A DNA stretch of 62,813 nt, filler included, from Aduncisulcus paluster (lineage: Eukaryota): the NCBI GenBank assembly GCA_024181965.1. It is 7 parts of 7 records of this genome, joined end to end, with 100 filler letters (N's around TTAATTAATTAA, not from the genome) between each part and the next. Parts side by side here need not be neighbours in the genome. Positions count along the whole stretch, not along the records: positions 8,863 to 26,430 come from BQXS01000012.1; positions 26,531 to 33,156 come from BQXS01000014.1; positions 33,257 to 37,598 come from BQXS01000015.1; 4 more parts are not named here. One strand, written 5' to 3'. The translations under genes and the position numbers were made by a program. Below are positions 22,529 through 34,055 of this stretch, one piece after another (position 1 is the stretch's first letter; each line of letters starts with the position of its first letter). The notes under the pieces were generated by a model, which saw only the letters and a list, made by a program, of their open reading frames with translations, was not told the origin of the DNA and did not search any database.

Positions 22529-23849
22529 ATCTTCATATGTCAATACATGGTATATTATTTCTTTCCGTATCAAAGGAGGAAAAGATTTTTGATGATCATC
22601 ATCGTCAGTGACGAACTTTCCAATCATCATGATTTAATAACAAATAAAAGTAAATTGGGTATCTCGTCGAATATTTTGTCAAATTTTCCTCCGTGGGAAA
22701 CTGATAAAAATTGACCTCCATTTGCGACATGATCGAGGTTTTTTTTCTCCGCTGAAACCATTGTTTTGTGAGTCATTAGTTCTCATAATTCAATTGGATT
22801 CCGCAATTTGATAATTCTTTGTCCGAATTCTTGATTTTTACATCTATTGCATCCATCCATCTCCATTTTACATTACATTTGACTTTTATCAAGAGAAGAA
22901 ATGTTTTCAAAACACTCGGGTCAAGCTCTTCTTTCAATTAAACCCGTTTCTGGTCCATCACATGGTAATATGAAGTGGGGAACTCCCAAATTAATCTCCA
23001 ATATTTTTGGTGTGGAGCATCCAAAAGTTGTCATCCCTTCTTCATGTCAATCTGATTTTGATGAAAAATTGACCTCCATTTGCGACATGATCGAGGTTTT
23101 TTTTCTCCGCTGAAACCATTGTTTTGTGAGTCATTAGTTCTCATAATTCAATTGGATTCCGCAATTTGATAATTCTTTGTCCGAATTCTTGATTTTTACA
23201 TCTATTGCATCCATCCATCTCCATTTTACATTACATTTGACTTTTATCAAGAGAAGAAATGTTTTCAAAACACTCGGGTCAAGCTCTTCTTTCAATTAAA
23301 CCCGTTTCATCTTCATATGTCAATACATGGTATATTATTTCTTTCCGTATCAAAGGAGGAAAAGATTTTTGATGATCATCATCGTCAGTGACGAACTTTC
23401 CAATCATCATGATTTAATAACAAATAAAAGTAAATTGGGTATCTCGTCGAATATTTTGTCAAATTTTCCTCCGTGGGAAACTGATAAAAATTGACCTCCA
23501 TTTGCGACATGATCGAGGTTTTTTTTCTCCGCTGAAACCATTGTTTTGTGAGTCATTAGTTCTCATAATTCAATTGGATTCCGCAATTTGATAATTCTTT
23601 GTCCGAATTCTTGATTTTTACATCTATTGCATCCATCCATCTCCATTTTACATTACATTTGACTTTTATCAAGAGAAGAAATGTTTTCAAAACACTCGGG
23701 TCAAGCTCTTCTTTCAATTAAACCCGTTTCTGGTCCATCACATGGTAATATGAAGTGGGGAACTCCCAAATTAATCTCCAATATTTTTGGTGTGGAGCAT
23801 CCAAAAGTTGTCATCCCTTCTTCATGTCAATCTGATTTTGATGAAAAAT
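22529..23849. repeat. Identical tandem re-duplications of the upstream region and 5' end of the 23681 gene (offsets 358 and 780 bp), probably artefactual
   Basis: 22529-23069 equals 23309-23849, and 22706-22950 recurs at 23064-23308. AAAAAT microhomology at a junction. Confidence 0.8.
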
Positions 23850-25562
23850 CTGATCTAAAGAGTTCTGTAGACTCTGTTGAGGGCAATGCCTTTCTTAATT
23901 TTAAGACTCTTTCGTTTTCTTTCTCCAAAGCTACATTTATAGAGTCCGTTCAGTTCAAAACATCGACAAATCCATTCCCTAAAGATCTTTTGTTTATATT
24001 TTATTCAACAAAGAAGGAGGAAGTGTGTTGTCGATTCCTTAATGATGATTATCAAGCCTTCGATCTCCCTATTCAAATTTCTGGAGTTGTGAAATGTAAT
24101 GTTCAATGTCTTTGTCAGAAATCAGGGAATGAAAGCACTTTTAAATTAGATGGCGTGAGGTTTATTATGGGTAATGATCCTTCTCAAATATCTGTTATCA
24201 AACCCATCTCTCCTCCACCCGAAAAAATGCTTTTCCCTGCCAAACCCATTAAAGAAGGCGATGAATGTGAACCAATTATCCCATATACATCTCCAAAGCT
24301 CGTGGTCCGTGCCTTTCGCGAAGAAGATGGGTCATTCTTGCCCGGTTCCACTCGAGTCACTCTGTATGAGTGTATTGAAGGTAATTCTCGTGTGTCCTTT
24401 TCCAATATTCAGGTTCCATTTGCCTTTCCACAGAATCTATCTTCCATTTTTATTTGCTCGAATGGGTTCAGGAGGCAACCAAAGGAACTTGTTCTAAATT
24501 TTCACAATGTCACTGGTGAAATTATAACAAAAATATTTACGTTTGAGAAACAATATGGATACTATTGGTTTGAGCTTTATGTGGATGTGGATAGTGTCAT
24601 TAAGTCTGAAATTGAGTGTCTGTCGAGTTGGGATGGAGATTCTTATTGTCAAATCGATTCCTTGCAATTCGCCTTGGCTGAACAAGATGCCGCACGTCAA
24701 TCGCTGATCCATGCAGATAAACAATCTGAGAGAGATGAGAGGACAGTTCGTGTCCGTTTTGACAGAGAGGAATTATTCTCCTGGTCTTCCCCATCCTCTT
24801 TCACTCATGTTGTTGATTCTGAGCATTATATTGATGTGTCTAGACTCTCTGGTACCTTTGCTGGACTCAGTGATATCGATATGCTCTCAAAGTGTGTCAA
24901 TCAGCTTTATTTCTTATCGTTTTACTCTCTTTTCATTCCATTTGTTCACTCCCAAGACATTAAAGGGGTTCGTTTGTTCATTGACAGTGCTAAAAACTCT
25001 CCTCTAAAGAGTTCTGTAGACTCTGTTGAGGNNNNNNNNNNNNNNNNNNNNCACTCATGTTGTTGATTCTGAGCATTATATTGATGTGTCTAGACTCTCT
25101 GGTACCTTTGCTGGACTCAGTGATATCGATATGCTCTCAAAGTGTGTCAATCAGCTTTATTTCTTATCGTTTTACTCTCTTTTCATTCCATTTGTTCACT
25201 CCCAAGACATTAAAGGGGTTCGTTTGTTCATTGACAGTGCTAAAAACTCTCCCAAACACATGGATGTTAATGTAACAACCAGTATTGGAGTCACTATGAA
25301 GAAAGAGTTCTCTGTGGATTCTTCGTTTGACCATGGATGGTTATTCCTTCCTATTGATGTTAAGGAGGTGGTTAGTTTTGAAATATCTTCAGTAGATTCG
25401 ATAAAGGGCACTAAATGGTCTGTTATTGGCGGTTTGAAAGTCGTGGTCGATCATGATCAATCCATTATGGAATCATTTCAAGTTCAGAAATTATCCGAAC
25501 TTTATCGATTGTTCTCACAATATTGTTCTCTTTGGCAGATGCCTGCTATAGCAAATGAATAG
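23681..25562 (+). CDS. Three-domain divergent member of the lineage-specific beta-domain family (~543 aa after removing the 250-bp duplication)
   Basis: Three repeats such as 'SFYSLFIPF...IKGVRLFID...SPKHMDV...KKEF...GWLFLPIDVKEVVSFEI...IGGLKV' and 'YWFELYVDVDSVIKSEIEC...IDSLQF'. Confidence 0.75.
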
Positions 25563-26532
25563 TATTGGAAATTCCGTTTTCTTTGTTATTTTGGCTTCGC
25601 CAAGCTAATTATTTGATTTTGTTCTACACTTTTGCTTTTATAATTCTTCGTATCTTCTTGATATCTCTTCATTTTTGTTACTATTATTACAACAATTTTT
25701 ACTCTATTCTTCCTTTCTTTCGATTAGGTTTTTCTCAAGTGTTATTTTCTTACGAATCTATGTTTTATTTCTTTCTTCATTAATATTATTTCGATGATTT
25801 TTTCAAAGTTTGTCTTTTTTGAAAATCATTTTGTTTCTTTTCGAAACGTTGATTGCTGGCTCAATGTTTCTCGGATGGATTGAATATGTTTTCTTATTAT
25901 CCACCTTACAACGTTTATTGACGATTTTTATTCCATTTTATTCAGTGATAACCAATTTCAAATTCAAAAAATCAGTTTATTTTTATTATTTATTTATTTT
26001 GGACGACTTCAATGGTGATTGATTATCCATTGGCTATTGTTATGAACTTTGATTTTGAAATATTTACTTTTCTTTCTTTTGCATTATTCTTTCATTTTTT
26101 TTCTTTTTCGATTATTTCCACTTTCTTTATCCATTTTTTCATTTACTTCACTCCCTCTGATACAGTTGTGCTCTTGATGGTGTACTTTATGTGTTTTGGG
26201 GGAGTATATTCCAAATGTCAAAATAAACAGTTGCTTGCTTTGTATCATCAATTTGAGATTTTGGAAGCTTACTTTCAACAGTGTAAGAACATTTTATGAG
26301 TAAAAACAAATTATAATTTCTTGGAAGACCTTCATCAAAGAAATTTTTTTTTGTCAAGAGTGAATATAGAAATAAGTAAGTAATCATCGATATCGAGCTG
26401 GCATAGAATTTATTATATGTATACAGAATCNNNNNNNNNNNNNNNNNNNNNNNNNNNNNNNNNNNNNNNNNNNNTTAATTAATTAANNNNNNNNNNNNNN
26501 NNNNNNNNNNNNNNNNNNNNNNNNNNNNNNAC

Positions 26533-28926
26533 TACGATAAAAGTTCGTATATTGTACCTGCCCCTGATACTAAATTCCATGACAAACTCTATTCTTCTTT
26601 GTATATCCTTGGGCATATCCATAATGACAACCAACGCATTGTCTGCTCCACTCTATCACATTATCTTAATGCTTTGACCTATATGACACCACAGTGGGGC
26701 ATTACATTCGCTCCTTTTGCAAACCTTATTGCTTGTGAGTTCAGTAGAATCTCCCTTGCATCCATGTCATATCTCAAGAAGAAGATTGCCCCCGTTGAGA
26801 TTGGTGCTTCTGTTCTCTTCTCCAATGGCGCAGGTGCTACTGGGCAAGGAGACAAGGTATGGGGTGAGCCTGGGTATTCCTTTGGACCTAAGGAGTGCAA
26901 GAAACCCCCCGTTACTCGTGGAAGAGATGCATCCTCTTCTCAGTGGATGGAACAAACCTCATCCATGAGCAACTTACACTGTTTAGTCTGGCAATTAGCC
27001 TCTTTCCCTTGCTTCCTTGCTGGTACATGGATATCCCATACTTCAACCGCTGCGACCCCCGTTGGGACCGCTGGAGATTCCAGTGTTCGTCTCTCCCGTG
27101 TTGTTATGCTGTCTCTCCTCGTGGATGATCTTATCAGGGAATACCGGAGAAGAGAGAGTGGTACAAGTGTGAAGAAAGAAGGAGAGGAAGAATGTTCCTT
27201 GTGTGGTGTTAATGTGAAGGTTTCTGCATCACCAATCCATAAAGTTCCTCTTCATCTTCCTTCCTTGTTGCAAATATCCAGTGCTTTGGCCAATTGTATT
27301 ACTGATTCCATCGAGTACTCATTCAGCGTCTCTCACAAAACTCCAAGACGTTTCCACCGAAGATTCTCCGATCCTGGAATGTCATATGCTATGTCCCACT
27401 GGAAACGTATTGTGCAAGCCAAGGGAGGTGATGTTGATGCTATCACGGTTGCTGACCTTGGAACTGGCAGCGTTCGTGGGGATCTTGAAAAATACTCCAA
27501 ACTTATGGGTTGCTGGAAATTGTTGAAAGGTCTTGGTGTACGTGTCATGCGGTCGACCATGAAACTGATTGTTGGAGATATCTCAGCTGCCTTGTCAGAG
27601 TCAAAGAAGTTCAGTCAGCTAAGTGGACTCCAAAATCTACTCAAGAAAGAGGAAGAAGACGAGACATACGAGGATGTCGTACTTGAACGTGCAAGATTTG
27701 AGGAGGACATGCGCAAGAGTAATCCCACAAAGTTGGCTGAGTCTAAAAAGAAGTCTGAACCTTCCATTGCTGATGAGAAGGCTTCTGAAGCTAAACCAAC
27801 CCCTGAAGAAATCAACACTGACATTTCACGTCTGGATGTCTCCTTACCAACGATTGGAGACGATGTGAGTGCCCCTGTGTCTCCGATTCCTTCTCCGAGA
27901 GGTTCTGAAAGAGACCCTGAAGTCCCAAAGTTAGAAAGTGGTATTCCTGCTATTCCTTCTCTTTCCTCCATTCAAAGGATCCTCTCTCCTCTTTCTCTTT
28001 CCATCCTTGCTCGCAACTACTCGAATATCCGCCAAGCTCTTGTGTATAAGTTTTATGAAATTTACAATGGTACCAGGAGCCACAAGATTCTTAGTATCGA
28101 TGCTTTCAAGGCATTTTCAGCTATCGTTGTTGCTTTCTTCCAATTATCTGTTGATTGCCTTCAGAGCGGATGTATTGGCCATAAAGATCGTTTCAAGGCT
28201 GGCTCTTTGTCCAACGAATGTGTTATTCACCGTGCTTTGACTGATGCTCATGCCGTCGGGAGCAAAGTTCAGTCAATGTCAGACGTGTCTTCCGAGAGAT
28301 ACTATATTGATGACACACTCCGTAAGGTTATGTACGTTATCAATTCGTGGAAGGATGGTGATGACCAGCTCAATCCATCAAGTTCTCCTTGGTCTTCTAT
28401 GCTTGGCCGTCGATCAGATTTTGTTGATCCTGACAAACTTATTGCGATTGAAGATTGTATCTCCGACGTGGGACTCGATTATAAAGAGGTTATCAAGACC
28501 AATGAATCATTCCATTCCCGTGTGGTCGAAACAGTTCTTCCCGTCTTACCTCAGATGCGACAGATCCTCATCAGTTCTGGCCAGTTATTGCAAGAACATC
28601 TCTCATTTGAAATTAACCCAGAACTATTCAGAGTCTTCAGTCACAGCGATGATTGTCCTTCTTGCCCACTCTCCAGGGACCTCATGCTCTCTTCTCAGGA
28701 TTTGTGCTGTGTCCACGGTATCAGAAAATGTGTTGCTCTTGGTAAAAATTTGGATATCTACGCCATTCATGACGTTATCATGGGATTGGCAAGCAGGAAT
28801 GAGAAAGCAGTTGATGTTCGTGGGTGGACAAGCGAAATTGTTCCTTCTCTTCTCTCTGCTTTTTATGCCATTTCTCTTGTTCTCTTCCGAGCTTATTCAG
28901 CAGCAGCTAGCTCCGATCGCAGTTAA
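26533..28926 (+). CDS. Hypothetical helical protein, 5'-truncated at the contig start
   Basis: Frame open from 26533 to the stop at 28926 (~797 codons). No family recognised. Confidence 0.7.
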   Translation, partial: YDKSSYIVPAPDTKFHDKLYSSLYILGHIHNDNQRIVCSTLSHYLNALTYMTPQWGITFAPFANLIACEFSRISLASMSYLKKKIAPVEIGASVLFSNGAGATGQGDKVWGEPGYSFGPKECKKPPVTRGRDASSSQWMEQTSSMSNLHCLVWQLASFPCFLAGTWISHTSTAATPVGTAGDSSVRLSRVVMLSLLVDDLIREYRRRESGTSVKKEGEEECSLCGVNVKVSASPIHKVPLHLPSLLQISSALANCITDSIEYSFSVSHKTPRRFHRRFSDPGMSYAMSHWKRIVQAKGGDVDAITVADLGTGSVRGDLEKYSKLMGCWKLLKGLGVRVMRSTMKLIVGDISAALSESKKFSQLSGLQNLLKKEEEDETYEDVVLERARFEEDMRKSNPTKLAESKKKSEPSIADEKASEAKPTPEEINTDISRLDVSLPTIGDDVSAPVSPIPSPRGSERDPEVPKLESGIPAIPSLSSIQRILSPLSLSILARNYSNIRQALVYKFYEIYNGTRSHKILSIDAFKAFSAIVVAFFQLSVDCLQSGCIGHKDRFKAGSLSNECVIHRALTDAHAVGSKVQSMSDVSSERYYIDDTLRKVMYVINSWKDGDDQLNPSSSPWSSMLGRRSDFVDPDKLIAIEDCISDVGLDYKEVIKTNESFHSRVVETVLPVLPQMRQILISSGQLLQEHLSFEINPELFRVFSHSDDCPSCPLSRDLMLSSQDLCCVHGIRKCVALGKNLDIYAIHDVIMGLASRNEKAVDVRGWTSEIVPSLLSAFYAISLVLFRAYSAAASSDRS

Positions 28927-29337
28927 GTTGTTTCATTAAAGAAAGAAAATATGATACCAATTGAATATTTTCATCATACAATCATAAGTTATGATTTCTG
29001 TGACATTGTGAATTTTGATCTGTTCATTGTTCCATTTTCTGCTGGTCCCTTTTATGGATATACTATATCAGAATAGTCTTCTAATTGACATTTAAATAAA
29101 CCATCTTGTCTTTCGATGACCATCTGTGCTACTTTTTGTTGACGTGGAAACTTCCCAATTTCTGTCTCTACAAGGACATTAGTATTGTCATAGGAATAAT
29201 AAAATAGAAGGCATTTTTTTAAAAATTTTTTTTTAAATTTTTTTTTTTCTCATGTCCATATTCCGCCAAGCTGCCCGGGTGGCCCACGTTCAGTGAACAC
29301 TCTTTTGACCTTTATTCCTTTTTCAGAATCTGAAAAG

Positions 29338-30073
29338 ATGATTGTTTTATGTTTAGAAGGCTGTCATGGTATGTTTCATCCCATTTTTTTTCTTGGAATA
29401 CAATCCTATACATACTAATTTTGATTTAGGCTCTGGAAAGTCAACAATCTTAAAAGAATTCCAAAAAAGAGGTTTTAATGTTCTTGATGAAGCTTTTTTA
29501 GATATGCCCAGCTTTGAATTGCACCCTCAAACTCTTACAATGGAGTTTGTTTGGGTGGCACACTGGTTCACCCGAATTCTTCGACTTCATACTGAATGCC
29601 CACCATCAAAACGAGATTCTATGGTATATATTGCCGATAGATCCCCATATTCTGCATGTTTTTATGCCCGAACAGGTGGAGAGCTACTTGGACCTGTTAT
29701 TCAAAAACAAATCAAAGAATTAACGTCAAATGGAATATATATTTTTGCTGCTTTACTTAATGTTGAGAAAAAACTTCTTTGGAAGCGGATATCTGATAGA
29801 TTAGCCCGTGAGCCATATCGCAAAAAATTTAACGAGGGAAGTCGTGAATGGATGGAAAAAACTTATAAATTTTATGAATCACAAACGTGGAATCTAATAG
29901 TTCCCATTTGTCGAGAAGATATTTCCCCCAAAATTATTGTTGATTGTTTAATCAAAAATCTACAATCAGCTCTCGGAACTACTCACTCGAAAGATGAAGA
30001 GGAAAGTGATATCATTGAGGATTCAAAGAGTAGTGTTTTACCTGTCATTGAAGGGTATATTGGACTTGAATAG
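29338..30073 (+). CDS. P-loop nucleoside/nucleotide kinase-like protein (dNK/dTMP-kinase fold); exons 29338-29368 and 29430-30073
   Basis: Removing the intron 29369-29429 (GTATGT...TACTAAT...TTAG) gives MIVLCLEGCHGSGKST (Walker A). Also 'IADRSPYS' and a lid-like 'WKRISDRL.REP.R'. Confidence 0.8.
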
Positions 30074-30082
30074 CTGGAATAA

Positions 30083-30833
30083 TATCCATTTCCATGGACT
30101 ACTTCCTGGACTAACGAGGAATTCTCCAAGATCCTTTTGGACGACATCGAGGTTCGTGGTCTCCCCGTTCTTCAAGATGCTCTCCGTAACGATCTTCCCA
30201 CTGACTTCGAGGTTGCTGACCAATGGCCCGAATGTGCTGACCGTGTCAACCATATCCGTGACCAAGGTAACTGTGGTTCCTGCTGGGCTCACGGTGCCGC
30301 TGAGGCTCTTACCGACCGTTTCTGTATCAACTCTGAGGCTGCTGTGAACGAGGATCTCTCCGTCGAATACATTGTCTCCTGTGACAAGACCAACATGGGT
30401 TGTGATGGTGGAAACCTTGGCCTCGCCTGGATGTACCTTAAGAACCAAGGTACCGTTCCCGACGCCTGTTTCCCTTACGCCGATGAGACCTACAATGATG
30501 GTGNNNNNNNNNNNNNNNNNNNNTGTGAACGAGGATCTCTCCGTCGAATACATTGTCTCCTGTGACAAGACCAACATGGGTTGTGATGGTGGAAACCTTG
30601 GCCTCGCCTGGATGTACCTTAAGAACCAAGGTACCGTTCCCGACGCCTGTTTCCCTTACGCCGATGAGACCTACAATGATGGTGACGTTCCCGCTTGTCC
30701 TTCCACCTGTGACGATGGCTCTGCCCTTACTCACTACCAAGTCAGTTCTTACCACGGTGTCTCTGGTGTTGACAACATCATGACTCAGCTTTATGAGAAC
30801 GGTTCCCTCGAGCTCGCTTTCTACGTCTTCAAG
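30083..30833 (+). pseudogene. Cathepsin B-like cysteine protease fragment, truncated at both ends, with a 181-bp gap duplication
   Basis: 'LPTDFEVADQWPEC...IRDQGNCGSCWAHGAAEALTDRFCI...LSVEYIVSCD...GCDGG...CFPY...PACPSTCDDG...IMTQLYENGSLELAFYVF'. No signal peptide or start. Similarity stops before the catalytic His/Asn. Confidence 0.85.
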
Positions 30834-31873
30834 AAATGTTTATTAATTATTCTTTTTTCAGTTTCATGATTTGTTTAATCTTTTGATTTCATTATTATCA
30901 ATCATTCAAATGTCAATATATATATAAGATATTGAATATATCTTTAAACTATTAGAGTCTGTTTGTTCTTATAAATAAACAATATATGAATTAGACTCTA
31001 TTCTTTGTCAAAATTTTGAGTGAGATATTCTCAACTAATAGATATCACAATTCAACACTCTTTAGATCAAGTCCCTCTTCTTAAATGAGTATAAAACCAA
31101 CTATTTACAATGAAATGAAGAAAAAAAATAACAATATATCACGGTATCACTATCTCCATCCAGATTGTCAGAATTGGATCACGGTTATGTTGATTTCTTT
31201 CAAAATATTTCAAGATAACTGAATAAATAACGAAATGATATTTGAAATCATCCAAATTTTCCTGCTTATGCTTTTTAAATGTCTGTCCCATTTTTGGCAT
31301 CCATTCCCAATACATATGATTGTGGGGAAATATATGTCAATATCTGCCCACCAAAGGTTAAAAGTGACATGAATAAACATTAGGATCATCAATATAACAT
31401 GTCAGAATGAATCCAAACCCATTGAAAGATTTCAACTTAAATTTTCTACAAATTTTACAAAGATAATGGGATAATCATTCATTAAATCAAACGAATTTAT
31501 GGCCAACTAAATAAAATGTGATCATTGATCCTATCAAAAGCATCAATGGAAGCAAGAAACCGGAAGAATTGAAATGATCGGATCAATTTTTTCGTCATTT
31601 TCTTTGGGCATTGATTTATGACCTTTCATATTAATATCCACCTGAGAAAAAAATAAAGGACGAATATTTCTTCTGTAAATATGCATTTCTTTCATGTTTC
31701 CGATGATGAATTCGGTGTTCAAACGATTCATCGAAATCAAGACGAAATTCGTAAGTTCCTGTTTTGACGAAAGGGAACAAAACCATCAGTTATACTTTTT
31801 ACCAAATAATTGATTTTGGTATTGTTTCTCCTCGTTTATTAACCCTATATACCTGTACTATTTCTGAATCAAA

Positions 31874-32854
31874 ATGATGTTGTGCCATTCGCAAAATTCC
31901 GATGGATCTGAAGTTCATGTCAGTTCCAATCAAAATATTACATCTGCCATTAAACGAAGGTTTTATTCGGATGATTTTTTTCATCCTATCTCCCCTAGCC
32001 TTCCTTCAGATTCTTTATTCACAAATCACAGCCCATCGCATCTTTTATCCTCTATATCAGGCCTTCATTCGGTGCCTCAGCTTAAGTTTCATTGTAGTTC
32101 TCAATTATCCCCTTTCTTTTTGTTTGACAACGTTTTATCTGACTATACTCCCCCTCCAACACATTCCATCGAGTCTCCGCCTTCTTCCCTTTCAAATTCA
32201 GACTCGGATGAGAGTGATGTTAGTATTGATACATGCTCACAAAAGATGACAGAGATTCGTGTGTGTCCAGCATCTCCGACAGATTTTTCATCCACAAGCT
32301 CACTTCGTATGAGTTCAGAGTGTCTTTGTCCTCTATTCGCCGATTCCATTGAATCTACCGATGTCACTGATTCTACTGAGTGCTCGACATCCTCCACTGA
32401 AGGTTTTGCTTCCTCCTCTGACTCCATTGCTGCTCTTTTCGACCATTCTCCAAGGATCCAGCCCGGTCCTGTGATGATATGTTCAGGACCTCTGGAGAGT
32501 GCGACTGTTCATTCATGTCCGAGTGATGCACTTATCCATTCCACTATCGATGATTTCCTTTCTCCATCTGGATCGCTCCAAGATCCTCCTTCCGACGACA
32601 AGACCCGTGCATGTCTGTCTGAATCTGTAAGTTCTGTGGGTTCTGTGAGTTCTGTTTGTGAATACGACGCATCCGCTTTGACCACTTGCTCTTCTCAAAG
32701 TCAGCAAGATTCTCACTCTTTGTTGTATTCCCAAGCTTATATTGATGATCTGATAGAGTGTGAGATCTTGAGGAATGGAGGACAGGTAGCGCGTAATCTC
32801 GTCATTGCATTTGAATCTCTTGAATGTAAGCCTCTCAAACTGACTGAGGAGTGA
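31874..32854 (+). CDS. Ser-rich low-complexity hypothetical protein
   Basis: 326-aa ORF. A possible extra 5' exon at 31681-31750 is followed by a GTAAGT donor, but the acceptor is uncertain. Confidence 0.55.
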   Translation: MMLCHSQNSDGSEVHVSSNQNITSAIKRRFYSDDFFHPISPSLPSDSLFTNHSPSHLLSSISGLHSVPQLKFHCSSQLSPFFLFDNVLSDYTPPPTHSIESPPSSLSNSDSDESDVSIDTCSQKMTEIRVCPASPTDFSSTSSLRMSSECLCPLFADSIESTDVTDSTECSTSSTEGFASSSDSIAALFDHSPRIQPGPVMICSGPLESATVHSCPSDALIHSTIDDFLSPSGSLQDPPSDDKTRACLSESVSSVGSVSSVCEYDASALTTCSSQSQQDSHSLLYSQAYIDDLIECEILRNGGQVARNLVIAFESLECKPLKLTEE

Positions 32855-33256
32855 TATATGTATCGTTGATGACATCTCTTCTTGTCTCTGTTATATTCTC
32901 ATCATGTTATATTCTTGACATGTGACTGTAGGTGTCCATTGATGGCAAGATTGTTGACGGACAGCTATGATGACTTCATTGGTATCGGTGGATGAACAAC
33001 TTCGAAATGTCATCTTGTCTGTTCCAATGATCTGTTGGATTCTTCAGAGTACTTGGGGTATTATGGAGCCTTATGTGGCTCTGTCATGTGACCGGATAGA
33101 CACACATTCCAATGTGCATTGTGTGTATTGTTGCCGCTCTGTATTCATATTCCATCNNNNNNNNNNNNNNNNNNNNNNNNNNNNNNNNNNNNNNNNNNNN
33201 TTAATTAATTAANNNNNNNNNNNNNNNNNNNNNNNNNNNNNNNNNNNNNNNNNNNN

Positions 33257-34055
33257 CTTTCAACGTTTGAGGTCTTTTAACCTTCTTGAGATTATCCAAT
33301 TTTTCAGGAGATATCCTTCGACCCTGCTCATCCACTAGAAATCCCAGATATTTCACCTGTTTTACCCCAAAATTACATTTCTTGTAATTCAATGCTAGGT
33401 TGTAGTTTCCAAACCTGTCCAATACCATTTTAAGGTTCTCTAGCATTTCGTTTTCTGTTTTACCAAACACAAGTACATCATCTAAATAAATAAAGCAGCA
33501 GCGACCGATCAAATCTAGAAATATCTTATTCATTGACCGCTGAAAGTGACCAGGTGCAGTCTTTACGCCGAATGGCATTCTATTCCATTCAAACAACCCA
33601 AAAGGTGTATTGAAAGCTAGCACTTTCCTCACACTTTCCTCGACAGCGACCTGATAATACCCACTTTTTAAATCAAGTGTAGTGAATACTTTCATACCTC
33701 CCAGAGCTGCAAACATCTCGTCCATTCTCGGAATGGGAAACATATCATCCACTATGTACCTGTTAATGAGTCTGTAGTCTACACATACTCGTGTGCCCCC
33801 CCATCCTTCTTATCAACTAATACCAAAGGTGAGGCTAACGCACTTTTTGAATCTCTTATGAAACCCTTTTCTTTCAATTCTGTTATCTGGTCCTTCACTT
33901 CCAGAAATAAACCTTGTGGTATGGAACGTCTCTTCTGTGCTATGGGCTTTGTTCCATCTTTCAATCTCAATGTATACTCCTCGACACAAGCTGGTTCCAA
34001 TCTGTTCACCCTACTTTCATAAGTCTTAATTATATCAAATAGGGCGTCTTTAAAT
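33257..34055 (-). mobile_element. Ty3/Gypsy LTR-retrotransposon reverse transcriptase fragment with one frameshift
   Basis: 'PIAQKRRSIP...GFIRDSKSALASPLVLVDKKDGG' / frameshift in a G7 run near 33796-33802 / 'TRVCVDYRLIN...FPIPRMDE...FTTLDLKSGYYQV...GLFEWNRMPFGVKTAPGHFQRSM...FIYLDDVLVFG...VKYLGF'. Confidence 0.93.

Noticed and set aside
22901-23113. Separate short paralog of the 23681 gene
   Set aside because: It is an exact copy of that gene's 5' end inside an identical tandem duplication, probably an assembly artefact.
25565-26400. Several 64-95 aa F/I/L-rich ORFs
   Set aside because: Expected by chance in T-rich intergenic DNA; no motifs.
33796-33802. Programmed ribosomal frameshift in the Gypsy element
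   Set aside because: The shift lies inside the RT domain in a G7 run, not at a gag-pol boundary. Decay or homopolymer error is more likely.
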